A stretch of 64,000 nt of DNA from positions 121,468 through 185,467 of the forward strand of contig JAGVGF010000001.1 in the NCBI GenBank assembly GCA_020057295.1, read 5' to 3'. Source of the stretch: an archaeon. GTDB lineage: Archaea > Nanobdellota > Nanobdellia > Woesearchaeales > UBA9642. Under the pieces are notes generated by a model that saw only the letters and a list, made by a program, of their open reading frames with translations, did not search any database and was not told the DNA's origin. Position numbers and translations under genes: made by a program. Shown here one piece after another: positions 56,530-64,000 of this stretch. Each line of letters starts with the position of its first letter. The stretch's first letter is position 1.

Positions 56530-57315
56530 TTATTGTTGTTTTATAAGTTTTCTTATTTCCTCGCCCTTCTGTAAAGCTAGGTCTAACATGCTGTCAATCT
56601 CTTCAATTGTTAATGTTTCATCGCCACCCTTTTGTAAACTACACAATCTACCGTCATCAATAGTAGTTATTGTTAGTCTTGCATCAAGTGCTTGAGCTTC
56701 TAGTTCAGTTGGGTCTACAATGAATGCGTTTCCAATTTTTACAACAGTTACAGCTACAGGAACTCTACATATTGGAATCTTTTCATCAGTTTTCTTTTTG
56801 TAATCTACCTTTACTCCGTCGAAGAATGGGAATCTTGCATTTAATATTGCAGCGACTGCAGCCATTGAACCAACATCAATTAAGTTACCATCATCGTTTA
56901 ATGGGCAAATATCTACGTTGATAGTCCATACTTTTTCGCCTGCTTTAATGCATAATCTTTGATTATCAAGAGTTTTACTCTCTCTAATTCCTCTATCGAT
57001 TAAACGTGCAACTTCAATAGATGTTGCATCTGGTGGACCGCTTTCATATTTTGGATTACTTAATGGTAATAGTTCTGCACCAACCATTAATATTCCTTGA
57101 TCTGGAGTGTCTGGGAATGGTTTTTCAACACTCATTTTTACACCAGCTATTACTTCAGTATCTCCACATTTTACATGTGCGCTACCTTCTGCTGTAGTAA
57201 TAAATCCTGTCTTTATCTCTATAGTTCTAAACTCGTCTTTTTTACGACCATCATATCGCACTCCTTTCTCGAGTGACTCTCTTAAATGTTTTTTTGCTTC
57301 TTGATCAATCATCAT
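56530..57315 (-). CDS. rrp42: Exosome complex component Rrp42 (RNase PH-like, inactive subunit)
   Basis: GVRYDGRKKDEFRTIEIKTG..AEGSAHVKCGDTEVIAGV is an RNase PH fold. It follows rrp41 in the conserved operon. Confidence 0.85.
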   Translation of the reverse strand: MMIDQEAKKHLRESLEKGVRYDGRKKDEFRTIEIKTGFITTAEGSAHVKCGDTEVIAGVKMSVEKPFPDTPDQGILMVGAELLPLSNPKYESGPPDATSIEVARLIDRGIRESKTLDNQRLCIKAGEKVWTINVDICPLNDDGNLIDVGSMAAVAAILNARFPFFDGVKVDYKKKTDEKIPICRVPVAVTVVKIGNAFIVDPTELEAQALDARLTITTIDDGRLCSLQKGGDETLTIEEIDSMLDLALQKGEEIRKLIKQQ

Positions 57316-57356
57316 TGTTATCATTCCTCATTATATTTATCGATTTTATCAAATCT

Positions 57357-58106
57357 TTACTCAAATCCATTATCGCCATTTACTTGTGTAGCGAATTTTT
57401 CTCTTAGAGCATTTTTTTGTACTTCATTAACTTTCATTGCAGCAGTTCTCGCTTTATTTAATGCACTTATTACTGTAGCCTTATCTACAATACCATCCAT
57501 TTGTAATAGAGTTATTTCTCCAGTACTTGGAATTATTGCAACTGGAATATCAGCAACATCTTTTTCATCAAGTCCTTCAACATAATCTGGTAGATGTTCT
57601 TCTTCGTAGTTTAAATCTACGATTACTTTATTTCCTGCAAATCCTACAGCTACTGCAGATACTAAGTCTCTCATTGGAATACCAGCATCAGCAAGTGCTA
57701 TTGCTGCCGCGTTTATACCACAACATCTTGAACCTGCATCAGTCATTGGTAATTCTATATATACATCAACAACTGCATTTGGTGAATCATACAAGTCAAC
57801 AACAGAAACTAATGCGTTACTAGTAACAGCTGAAATTTCTTTACTTCTTCTACTAGGACCTGGTCTTACTCTCTCACCAGCTCCTGAAAATGGCATCATG
57901 TTATAGTTGCATCTTAATACTGCTTTCTTTGGATCTTGCTGAAATTTTGGAAACATTTCTCTTGGTCCATAAACTGCTGCATATGCTACAGTATTTCCCA
58001 TTCTGAAATATGCTGATCCATCAGCTTTCTTAATTACTCCTGCTTTTGCTTCAATAGGTCTTAACTCGTCAAAGTCTCGCCCATCAATTCTTTTATTGTA
58101 ATCCAT
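57357..58106 (-). CDS. rrp41: Exosome complex exonuclease Rrp41 (RNase PH)
   Basis: RIDGRDFDELRPIEAKAGVIKKADGSAYFRMGNTVAYAAVYGP and TDAGSRCCGINAAAIALADAGIPM match Rrp41. The start is at the ATG after a GGTGAT site. Confidence 0.9.
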   Translation of the reverse strand: MDYNKRIDGRDFDELRPIEAKAGVIKKADGSAYFRMGNTVAYAAVYGPREMFPKFQQDPKKAVLRCNYNMMPFSGAGERVRPGPSRRSKEISAVTSNALVSVVDLYDSPNAVVDVYIELPMTDAGSRCCGINAAAIALADAGIPMRDLVSAVAVGFAGNKVIVDLNYEEEHLPDYVEGLDEKDVADIPVAIIPSTGEITLLQMDGIVDKATVISALNKARTAAMKVNEVQKNALREKFATQVNGDNGFE

Positions 58107-58818
58107 TGTAATCACCGCCTTCGCTTAATGAAATCTTAACGCCAGTAGTTTCTTCAAGGTATGTTTTCATCCTATCAGTTAAACCTGACATGTGGCTTTC
58201 AACTTCTATCTTTCTAATTGCATTTACAGCAATGTTTTCTTTATCTGGTTCTCCATCAATCCATACTAAACCGTTTTGTCCGACTATAATTCTACAGTTT
58301 GATGCTTGTTTAATCATTGAAACCATTGAACCTTTCTTTCCAATAATTCTTGGAACCTTATGAGTGTTAACTCGAATTATTCTTCCGCCTCTTAACTTTC
58401 TTAAACCTTGATCTCTTGTACTTACATCAATTAAATTTTGTGATGTAACATTAGTAACTTTACATACTAAATATTCATCTAGATCAAAGTGTTTTGATAA
58501 GTCATCATTTCTTTCAATATATTCTGCAGTCTCTTTACTTGATAACACTGCACTGTACGGACTGTTAATATCAACTCTCCATCCAGCCATCAATATATCA
58601 AAGACTCTTGCAATGACTATATCATTTCTTCTAGGTAAGTATTTTCCAGATAAAGGTATTATCTTTAGTACCTTTCCTTCTACATTTACTAATCCTAGTC
58701 TTGAACATACTAAATTATTATTATTCCTGTATGTTCCAAATCCTGGTATAAAGCCCAAATCATCGGCTAATACATCACCAGGAACTACAACTTGTTTATC
58801 TTTCACTAATAAACCCAT
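58093..58818 (-). CDS. rrp4: Exosome complex RNA-binding protein Rrp4 (S1 + KH)
   Basis: VVPGDVLADD is followed by an S1 domain (GWRVDINSPYSAVL) and a KH domain (IIGKKGSMVSMIKQASNCRIIVGQNGLVWI). Confidence 0.9.
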   Translation of the reverse strand: MGLLVKDKQVVVPGDVLADDLGFIPGFGTYRNNNNLVCSRLGLVNVEGKVLKIIPLSGKYLPRRNDIVIARVFDILMAGWRVDINSPYSAVLSSKETAEYIERNDDLSKHFDLDEYLVCKVTNVTSQNLIDVSTRDQGLRKLRGGRIIRVNTHKVPRIIGKKGSMVSMIKQASNCRIIVGQNGLVWIDGEPDKENIAVNAIRKIEVESHMSGLTDRMKTYLEETTGVKISLSEGGDYNGLQ

Positions 58819-58927
58819 ATTAATCAACTCCTTATATTAATTGTAACTTTTGGTTATAATTTTATTTTTATTTTTTTATTATTATATTATTTTGTGTAAT
58901 AATTTTATTTTCTATCACAACATATAT

Positions 58928-59722
58928 TTATCTTAATTTCTTATGTACTTTTTTGTTAGTAACTTCCGTCGTACCATATTTACCATTCTTGCTGTCAAGT
59001 AATGTTATTTCTACACCACCATGTGTCTTCTTGTTTAAGTCATCAATAAAGTCTAAATATAATCCTGCTGGAATCTCTACTGTTCCCATATAACATCCAT
59101 CATCTAGCCATTCTTCATTTAATATTCTACCATATTGATGTAATGTTTTGAAGTATTTTTTTGCATAATTTTCGCTGATATGTACTCGAACATGTTTATG
59201 TTCAAATTTTATTGGAAGTACTGGTTGTAGTTTCTTAACAATATCATTAACTTGATCATGTGCTGATTTATTATCATCAATTTTAATCTTTACTTCATTC
59301 ATCGCATTTTCTATTCTAGTTATTGGATGTGGTAAATTATTTTGTGGATTAACACTATTACGATGAATAGACTCAATTATTGATCTACGTTTTTCTTCTT
59401 GTTTTGACTCACGATATTTAGCACTTAATTGTAATTCTCCTTTAGACAATATTAATTCAGCTATTTGTAATGTGTCCATTTTAGGAAATACTGTTTCTAA
59501 ATCACTTTTTGGACTGAAAATTCCTTTTTGTACATCTTCAAATATTCTCTCTGCAATTAACACTTCTCTAATATCAGATAATCTTCCTTCTTTATGCGCT
59601 ATGGCATTGTCTGGATCAATAACTATTTCGAACTTTCTACCGCCCTTTTTTAGTTTTGCAAGATTAATATGTAATCTTTCTACTTCTGGACGTTTCTTAC
59701 TGAAATTTTGTGTTGAACCCAT
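58928..59722 (-). CDS. sdo1: Ribosome maturation protein SBDS/Sdo1
   Basis: LKKGGRKFEIVIDPDNAIAHKEG matches SBDS/Sdo1. It occupies the conserved position between psmA and rrp4. Confidence 0.9.
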   Translation of the reverse strand: MGSTQNFSKKRPEVERLHINLAKLKKGGRKFEIVIDPDNAIAHKEGRLSDIREVLIAERIFEDVQKGIFSPKSDLETVFPKMDTLQIAELILSKGELQLSAKYRESKQEEKRRSIIESIHRNSVNPQNNLPHPITRIENAMNEVKIKIDDNKSAHDQVNDIVKKLQPVLPIKFEHKHVRVHISENYAKKYFKTLHQYGRILNEEWLDDGCYMGTVEIPAGLYLDFIDDLNKKTHGGVEITLLDSKNGKYGTTEVTNKKVHKKLR

Positions 59723-59770
59723 ATTGACCACCGATTTTTTTATACAACATATTTATCGAGTATTTATCGC

Positions 59771-60517
59771 TTACTTCCTCTTAATATCTAATGAAGATAA
59801 AATTTTTGTAATCTTATCTTTAGGCATTTTTTCATATGCTTTCTTTTCATTAGTAATATATACACAGTCTATCCTATCGCTATCAAATCCATCATTAATA
59901 ACTCTCTTTAATGCACTTAATGCTAATTTTAATCCATCATCAATAGTCATTGATTCTCTGTATTCTTTAATCAAAATATTTTTAACATCTACTTCTCCTT
60001 CACCAATAGCTGTTGCTTTATACTGGAAATATATTCCTGTAGGATCAGTTTCAAATAATTTTACTCCTTCCTCGTCAGCACCTGCTATTAATAATGATAC
60101 ACCAAAAGGTCTTAATCCGCCTGATTGCGTACACATCTGCTTTAAATCAGCAATATCTTTAACTATTGTTATTACATCTATTGGACTATCATAAATTATT
60201 TTATGTTCTTGAGCCTTAATTCTTGCTCTATCTACTAATACTCTAGCATCAGATAATATTCCTGCAGCTGTTATTGCAATATGATCATCAACCTGCCATA
60301 TTTTTTCTAAGGAATCTGCAATTATTAATTTATCAACTATTCTCTTATCTGTAACAAGTAATATGCCATCCTTGCATACCATGCCGATTGCCGTTGATCC
60401 TTGTCTAACAGTCTTTTTAGCATATTCTACTTGTAATAATCTTCCGTCTGGACTAAACATTGTTATAGCCCTATCATATCCCATCATTTGGTGTTGTAAT
60501 GGTTGTACTTCAGTCAT
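59771..60517 (-). CDS. psmA: Proteasome subunit alpha
   Basis: GYDRAITMFSPDGRLLQVEYA is the alpha-subunit signature. The start is at the ATG after a GAGGTGGA site. Confidence 0.95.
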   Translation of the reverse strand: MTEVQPLQHQMMGYDRAITMFSPDGRLLQVEYAKKTVRQGSTAIGMVCKDGILLVTDKRIVDKLIIADSLEKIWQVDDHIAITAAGILSDARVLVDRARIKAQEHKIIYDSPIDVITIVKDIADLKQMCTQSGGLRPFGVSLLIAGADEEGVKLFETDPTGIYFQYKATAIGEGEVDVKNILIKEYRESMTIDDGLKLALSALKRVINDGFDSDRIDCVYITNEKKAYEKMPKDKITKILSSLDIKRK

Positions 60518-60615
60518 ATTATCCACCTCGATAATTAATCATTTTAATTAAAATCATAATTTATGTGTTGTCAAATCATTTGCTGATTTGATTTGTATAT
60601 TTGTTAACTGGATTT

Positions 60616-61026
60616 TTAGTTGTCCATCTTATCAAATGCTTTGTTTAACATTCCTGAAACAAACACACAGTCTACAATAACTTCTTTACTATCAATATTT
60701 TTTATTAATCCTAGACAAATTTTTAGCTTGTCTACGTATTTATTATTTACACGTATTATTCCTGTACATTTTTGAGCATTATATTTGGCACTCATCAATC
60801 CAGCTTTTGCCCCCTCAAATATACCTAACATCGCATTGCATTGATTAAGTATATTGTTATGTACAAGGTTAAAATCTTTAAACACATTATCCGATACCAC
60901 TTTATATACAACATATCTTTGTTGCTCTTTTAATGTTGGCAACAAAATTTTTTGTTTAGTAGTATTAGCGTGCTTTTTAATGTTAACACCCGACACTTCG
61001 CCTTTTTTATGCTTAGTACCGACCAT
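60616..61026 (-). CDS. rnp2: RNase P protein component 2 (Pop5/Rpp14)
   Basis: QRYVVYKV, TGIIRVNNKYVDKLKICLGLI and VFVSGMLNKA resemble archaeal Pop5. It is the first gene of the conserved pop5-psmA-sdo1-rrp4-rrp41-rrp42 superoperon. Confidence 0.65.
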   Translation of the reverse strand: MVGTKHKKGEVSGVNIKKHANTTKQKILLPTLKEQQRYVVYKVVSDNVFKDFNLVHNNILNQCNAMLGIFEGAKAGLMSAKYNAQKCTGIIRVNNKYVDKLKICLGLIKNIDSKEVIVDCVFVSGMLNKAFDKMDN

Positions 61027-61214
61027 AGTATTGCTTAAATACCAACCATTTTATACACTATTAGAAAGTGTAGTATAGCACATATACTAAAACCAACGCT
61101 TTCCCTTAAATCAATCCAAGAAAAGGGAAGTTATTTATAAATATTACTATTACTATAAAAATATGTTTTTGCAGCTTTTTTGACAAAAAATTTAAATAGC
61201 TGACATGTTAATTT

Positions 61215-61964
61215 GTGTTAATGGCAGATATTATAGTAATATTCATTGTAATGTTAGTTATTTTCCTTATACTATTTAGATTAAGAAAGGCGTTGTTCCT
61301 TTTGGGATTATTTTTTAAAATATTTAGTATATTAATGATATTATTAGTTGTTGGATCTATAGTATTCTCATATTATATCATTAAGGATGCAAATAATTTT
61401 AAAAATAATTTCACCAATTCAAGCAATCTGTTTTTGATGAAACAAAACGTTAATGGTAATGACTCATTACTTGTTGGCGTAACGATTGATCCAAATAATA
61501 AAGCATTCCAATCATTAAATAAAGAGAGTATAGATAATTTACAGAAGATGTATACTGATGGAAAATTACAGTTGATGGAAAAAGATTATTATAAAATATT
61601 TGTTATAGATATTAAGTCATTAGATAATATTAGCTTATATAATATTACTGATCGTAATGTACAATTGACAAAAGAGGAAACCAAAAGAGTATTATCAAGC
61701 AGTAATGCTCGTGAAGAATTTTCTAGTATTGTAGCGGGGAAACAGGGTACTGACAAGAATAGTGTTTTAAAAACATTATCAGCTAGCAACGAAGAATTGA
61801 AAGGATATTTATTCTCATACTATCTATCTACAGTATTTAATCCAAAAAATATGGGTGAATTCTTGTTACAGTTAAAGAATGATAATATTAAGGTATATGA
61901 TGAGACTGCATTATTTACTGCAATAAAGCTTGTGCCTAAATCATTGATTGATAAATTATTATAA
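61215..61964 (+). CDS. Hypothetical membrane-anchored protein
   Basis: Two N-terminal TM helices are followed by a soluble domain. No family was recognised. Confidence 0.4.
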   Translation: MLMADIIVIFIVMLVIFLILFRLRKALFLLGLFFKIFSILMILLVVGSIVFSYYIIKDANNFKNNFTNSSNLFLMKQNVNGNDSLLVGVTIDPNNKAFQSLNKESIDNLQKMYTDGKLQLMEKDYYKIFVIDIKSLDNISLYNITDRNVQLTKEETKRVLSSSNAREEFSSIVAGKQGTDKNSVLKTLSASNEELKGYLFSYYLSTVFNPKNMGEFLLQLKNDNIKVYDETALFTAIKLVPKSLIDKLL

Positions 61965-61975
61965 GAGGTGTGATA

Positions 61976-62368
61976 ATGGGTATAATGGATTTTTTAAAAA
62001 AGAAAGAGGAAATACCGTTTGATCAGAGTAGTTCTTTTAACTCTAATGATATGAATTCCAACATGATAACACCAGATACTACAGGAATACCAAGCAGCAA
62101 CATCGATACATCATCTTATCACACTGATCAGAGCTTAAATTCTTCATCAAGTATGTCTGGTATGAATAGCGGAAATTTTAATCAATCATTTAGTCCTTCT
62201 CAATCACAAGCTTCTCCACCTCAAGATATTGGTAGAGATTTACAAGTAATATCTTTAAAGCTTGACGCGATAAAGGCAGAACTTGATGCAATGAATCAGC
62301 GTATGAAAAATCTAGAAGGTATTGCTGAACGTGAGCAAACGCATGCGCAACAAAAAAAATGGTATTAA
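61976..62368 (+). CDS. Hypothetical S/N-rich protein with a C-terminal coiled coil
   Basis: The ATG follows a GAGGTG site. The middle is low complexity. The C-terminus is LQVISLKLDAIKAELDAMNQRMKNLEG. Confidence 0.35.
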   Translation: MGIMDFLKKKEEIPFDQSSSFNSNDMNSNMITPDTTGIPSSNIDTSSYHTDQSLNSSSSMSGMNSGNFNQSFSPSQSQASPPQDIGRDLQVISLKLDAIKAELDAMNQRMKNLEGIAEREQTHAQQKKWY

Positions 62369-62880
62369 AAAAAAATTATTCTAAAAATAAAGATAATTTG
62401 AGAATGAATAATATTGCATCACGTAATGTTCGTAAGAAAGAATTTAAGTCGAAAAATGTTAAAATTAAAGGATATATTACAATAATATTTTTTCTTATAC
62501 TAATATTTATTGATAGATTAACAAAAATTTGGGCTATGAATTTGAAAGATTCTATAGATTATGGAATTATAGCATTTACATATGTTACTAATACAGGCGC
62601 AGGATTTAGCATTTTACAAAATATGAATACTTTACTGATAGGAATTTCTGTATTAGTATTAGGATTGCTTCTATATTTTCATGATCACATTAACAATACA
62701 TCCGTATTATTGATAAGTTCTGGTATTGTTGGTAATGTTGTTGATAGAATATTTTACGGCAAAGTTATTGATTTTATAGACTTCAAATTTTGGCCAATAT
62801 TTAATATTTCTGACTCACTAATATTTGTCGGAGTATTAATCTGGATAGTTATCATATTTAGAGATAATAAGAAAAAATAG
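62359..62880 (+). CDS. lspA: Lipoprotein signal peptidase (signal peptidase II, LspA) homolog
   Basis: It has four TM segments with TNTGAGFSIL and GNVVDRIFYGKVIDFIDFKFWPIFNISDS. Compare the bacterial NxGAAF and GNxxDR..G.VVDF...FN.AD motifs, which carry the catalytic Asp residues. Confidence 0.8.
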   Translation: MVLKKNYSKNKDNLRMNNIASRNVRKKEFKSKNVKIKGYITIIFFLILIFIDRLTKIWAMNLKDSIDYGIIAFTYVTNTGAGFSILQNMNTLLIGISVLVLGLLLYFHDHINNTSVLLISSGIVGNVVDRIFYGKVIDFIDFKFWPIFNISDSLIFVGVLIWIVIIFRDNKKK

Positions 62881-62951
62881 TTTATAGAATATAAAAATAA
62901 AAAACAAGCCAAAATAATGTTATAATAAAATTATAATTCGAAGATGATGCT

Positions 62952-63308
62952 CTAGAATTCTTCCATATCTTGTAATTTATCTAAATGACCATTCTTTTTT
63001 AGCCATAATACTTGATTTGGCTTATACTTAAATATGATATCGCCTTTCTCGTCACCATCAAATTCCCATGGCTCAACAAGTAACACGTCATTTTCTCTAA
63101 CCCATAATTTTCTTTTTAATCTTCCTGGAATTCTACAATTTCTAGTTTTACCATCAAGACATCTAACTCTACATCTACTGCCACCTAGTCTTTGTTCAAG
63201 TATTCCGAGTACTTCCTTGTTTCTTGGAACTCTTACTCTAAAGAACTCTTCTGATCCTTCAGCGCCTTCTACGCCTTCTGGACTTGATGGTTTATCTTCT
63301 GGTGGCAT
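62952..63308 (-). CDS. eif1a: Translation initiation factor aIF1A
   Basis: [51 protein letters not shown] is the S1-like OB fold of aIF1A. Confidence 0.9.
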   Translation of the reverse strand: MPPEDKPSSPEGVEGAEGSEEFFRVRVPRNKEVLGILEQRLGGSRCRVRCLDGKTRNCRIPGRLKRKLWVRENDVLLVEPWEFDGDEKGDIIFKYKPNQVLWLKKNGHLDKLQDMEEF

Positions 63309-63467
63309 GTTTTTAAGAATAAAGGGTTCTTTATATAGCTTTTGATTTAATTATATATAACATATTTTATAATATATTCCTATAGTATTAAGATAAAATA
63401 TAAAATTTTTAAATATGCACCTATTAATATATATTAATAAGATATTATTACTCAAATACACAAGAAA

Positions 63468-64000
63468 ATGGGTTTAAAAGAATCGTTAAAAAAATTGCAA
63501 GAGAATGAATTAAAGTACGGTAAAGTTTCTTTAAAGCGTGAAGTTAAAAAAGAATTAACAAAAATTAAGAATATTAAGGTTTTAGATAAAAAATGCACAA
63601 TGTGCGGTGAAAAGGCAAAATATGCTATTAAAGGATCTAATGAATGGTATTGTAAACATTGTGCTATAGAATATTTTGGCGACTTGACAAGTTTAACAAA
63701 AGTACAAGAAAAATCTAAAACAAAAAATAAATCTGATTTAAGAAAAATCTATGTAATCACGGGCAATAACAAAAAATTTGAAGAAATTAATAGTATAATT
63801 CCCTTTACTGAACAATTAAATATAGATTTGATAGAAATACAGGAAGTTAATCCTGCTAAAATCATCGAAGCAAAAATTCTTGAAGCACGTAAACATTTCA
63901 AGGGAGAATTTATCGTTGAAGATACATCATTATCTATTGATTGCCTTAACGGATTGCCTGGACCGTTAATCAAATGGTTCTTAGAAAAACTTGGTGTTGA
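63468..64000 (+). CDS. Non-canonical purine NTP pyrophosphatase (HAM1/RdgB ITPase) with an N-terminal zinc-ribbon extension; the 3' end runs off the window
   Basis: Absent from the ORF track because it is open to the edge. My translation starts MGLKESLKKLQENELKYGK and includes CTMCGEKAKYAIKGSNEWYCKHCAIEYF. It continues KIYVITGNNKKFEEINSI...EDTSLSIDCLNGLPGPLIKWFLEKLGV, which carries ITPase motifs. Confidence 0.75.
   Translation, partial: MGLKESLKKLQENELKYGKVSLKREVKKELTKIKNIKVLDKKCTMCGEKAKYAIKGSNEWYCKHCAIEYFGDLTSLTKVQEKSKTKNKSDLRKIYVITGNNKKFEEINSIIPFTEQLNIDLIEIQEVNPAKIIEAKILEARKHFKGEFIVEDTSLSIDCLNGLPGPLIKWFLEKLGV

Noticed and set aside
59472-60194. A 240-aa plus-strand ORF.
   Set aside because: It is antisense to two strongly supported genes (sdo1 and psmA) and bridges their intergenic gap. 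The translation is low-complexity (S/I/L/F-rich), as expected for the antisense strand of AT-rich genes.

Overview
The window is an AT-rich archaeal chromosome segment. The gene content (Alba, S17e, S27e, L44e, L37e, S8e, aIF1A, aIF2-alpha, Nop10, the exosome operon, proteasome alpha, an S-layer protein, and a 16S rRNA with an archaeal-type 5' end), the small-genome style and the sparse metabolism suggest a DPANN-type archaeon. That lineage call is inference only.

Core content:
- One 16S-tRNAAla-23S operon on the minus strand, with recognisable processing helices, no introns and no adjacent 5S.
- Conserved archaeal operons: secE-spt5-rpl11; rpl44e-rps27e-aIF2alpha-nop10-PAC2; Sm-rpl37e-rps8e; pop5-psmA-sdo1-rrp4-rrp41-rrp42-rpoK.
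- ileS and kae1 (partial), plus a few metabolic genes: tpiA, eno, a glgC-like gene and UDP-xylose synthase.

A large share of the window encodes envelope proteins:
- an S-layer protein;
- three very large sequon-rich surface proteins;
- five type IV pilin-like genes in two families.

Most interesting observations:
1. A tightly packed four-gene operon (49443-56041) contains a protein with a textbook bacterial T9SS C-terminal sorting domain. The next gene encodes an outer-membrane-like beta-barrel candidate with a terminal-Phe beta-signal. The flanks are unambiguously archaeal.
2. Bacterial-type lipoprotein maturation genes lgt and lspA are present.
3. A tRNA-adjacent accessory island (24968-29612) holds an uncharacterised four-gene operon and an Mrr-like nuclease pair. 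It also carries a shared TACGGAAA operator-like motif, an orphan tRNA 3' half and a free-standing LAGLIDADG endonuclease overlapping tRNA-Arg.
4. A tandem double-hairpin repeat with compensatory changes lies upstream of ileS.
5. A candidate C/D box sRNA lies next to tRNA-Leu.

Many ORF-track starts are GTG or TTG codons that lie inside the Shine-Dalgarno-like GGTGAT/GAGGTG sequence. I moved those starts to the downstream ATG. All family calls come from reading motifs by eye; no searches were run.
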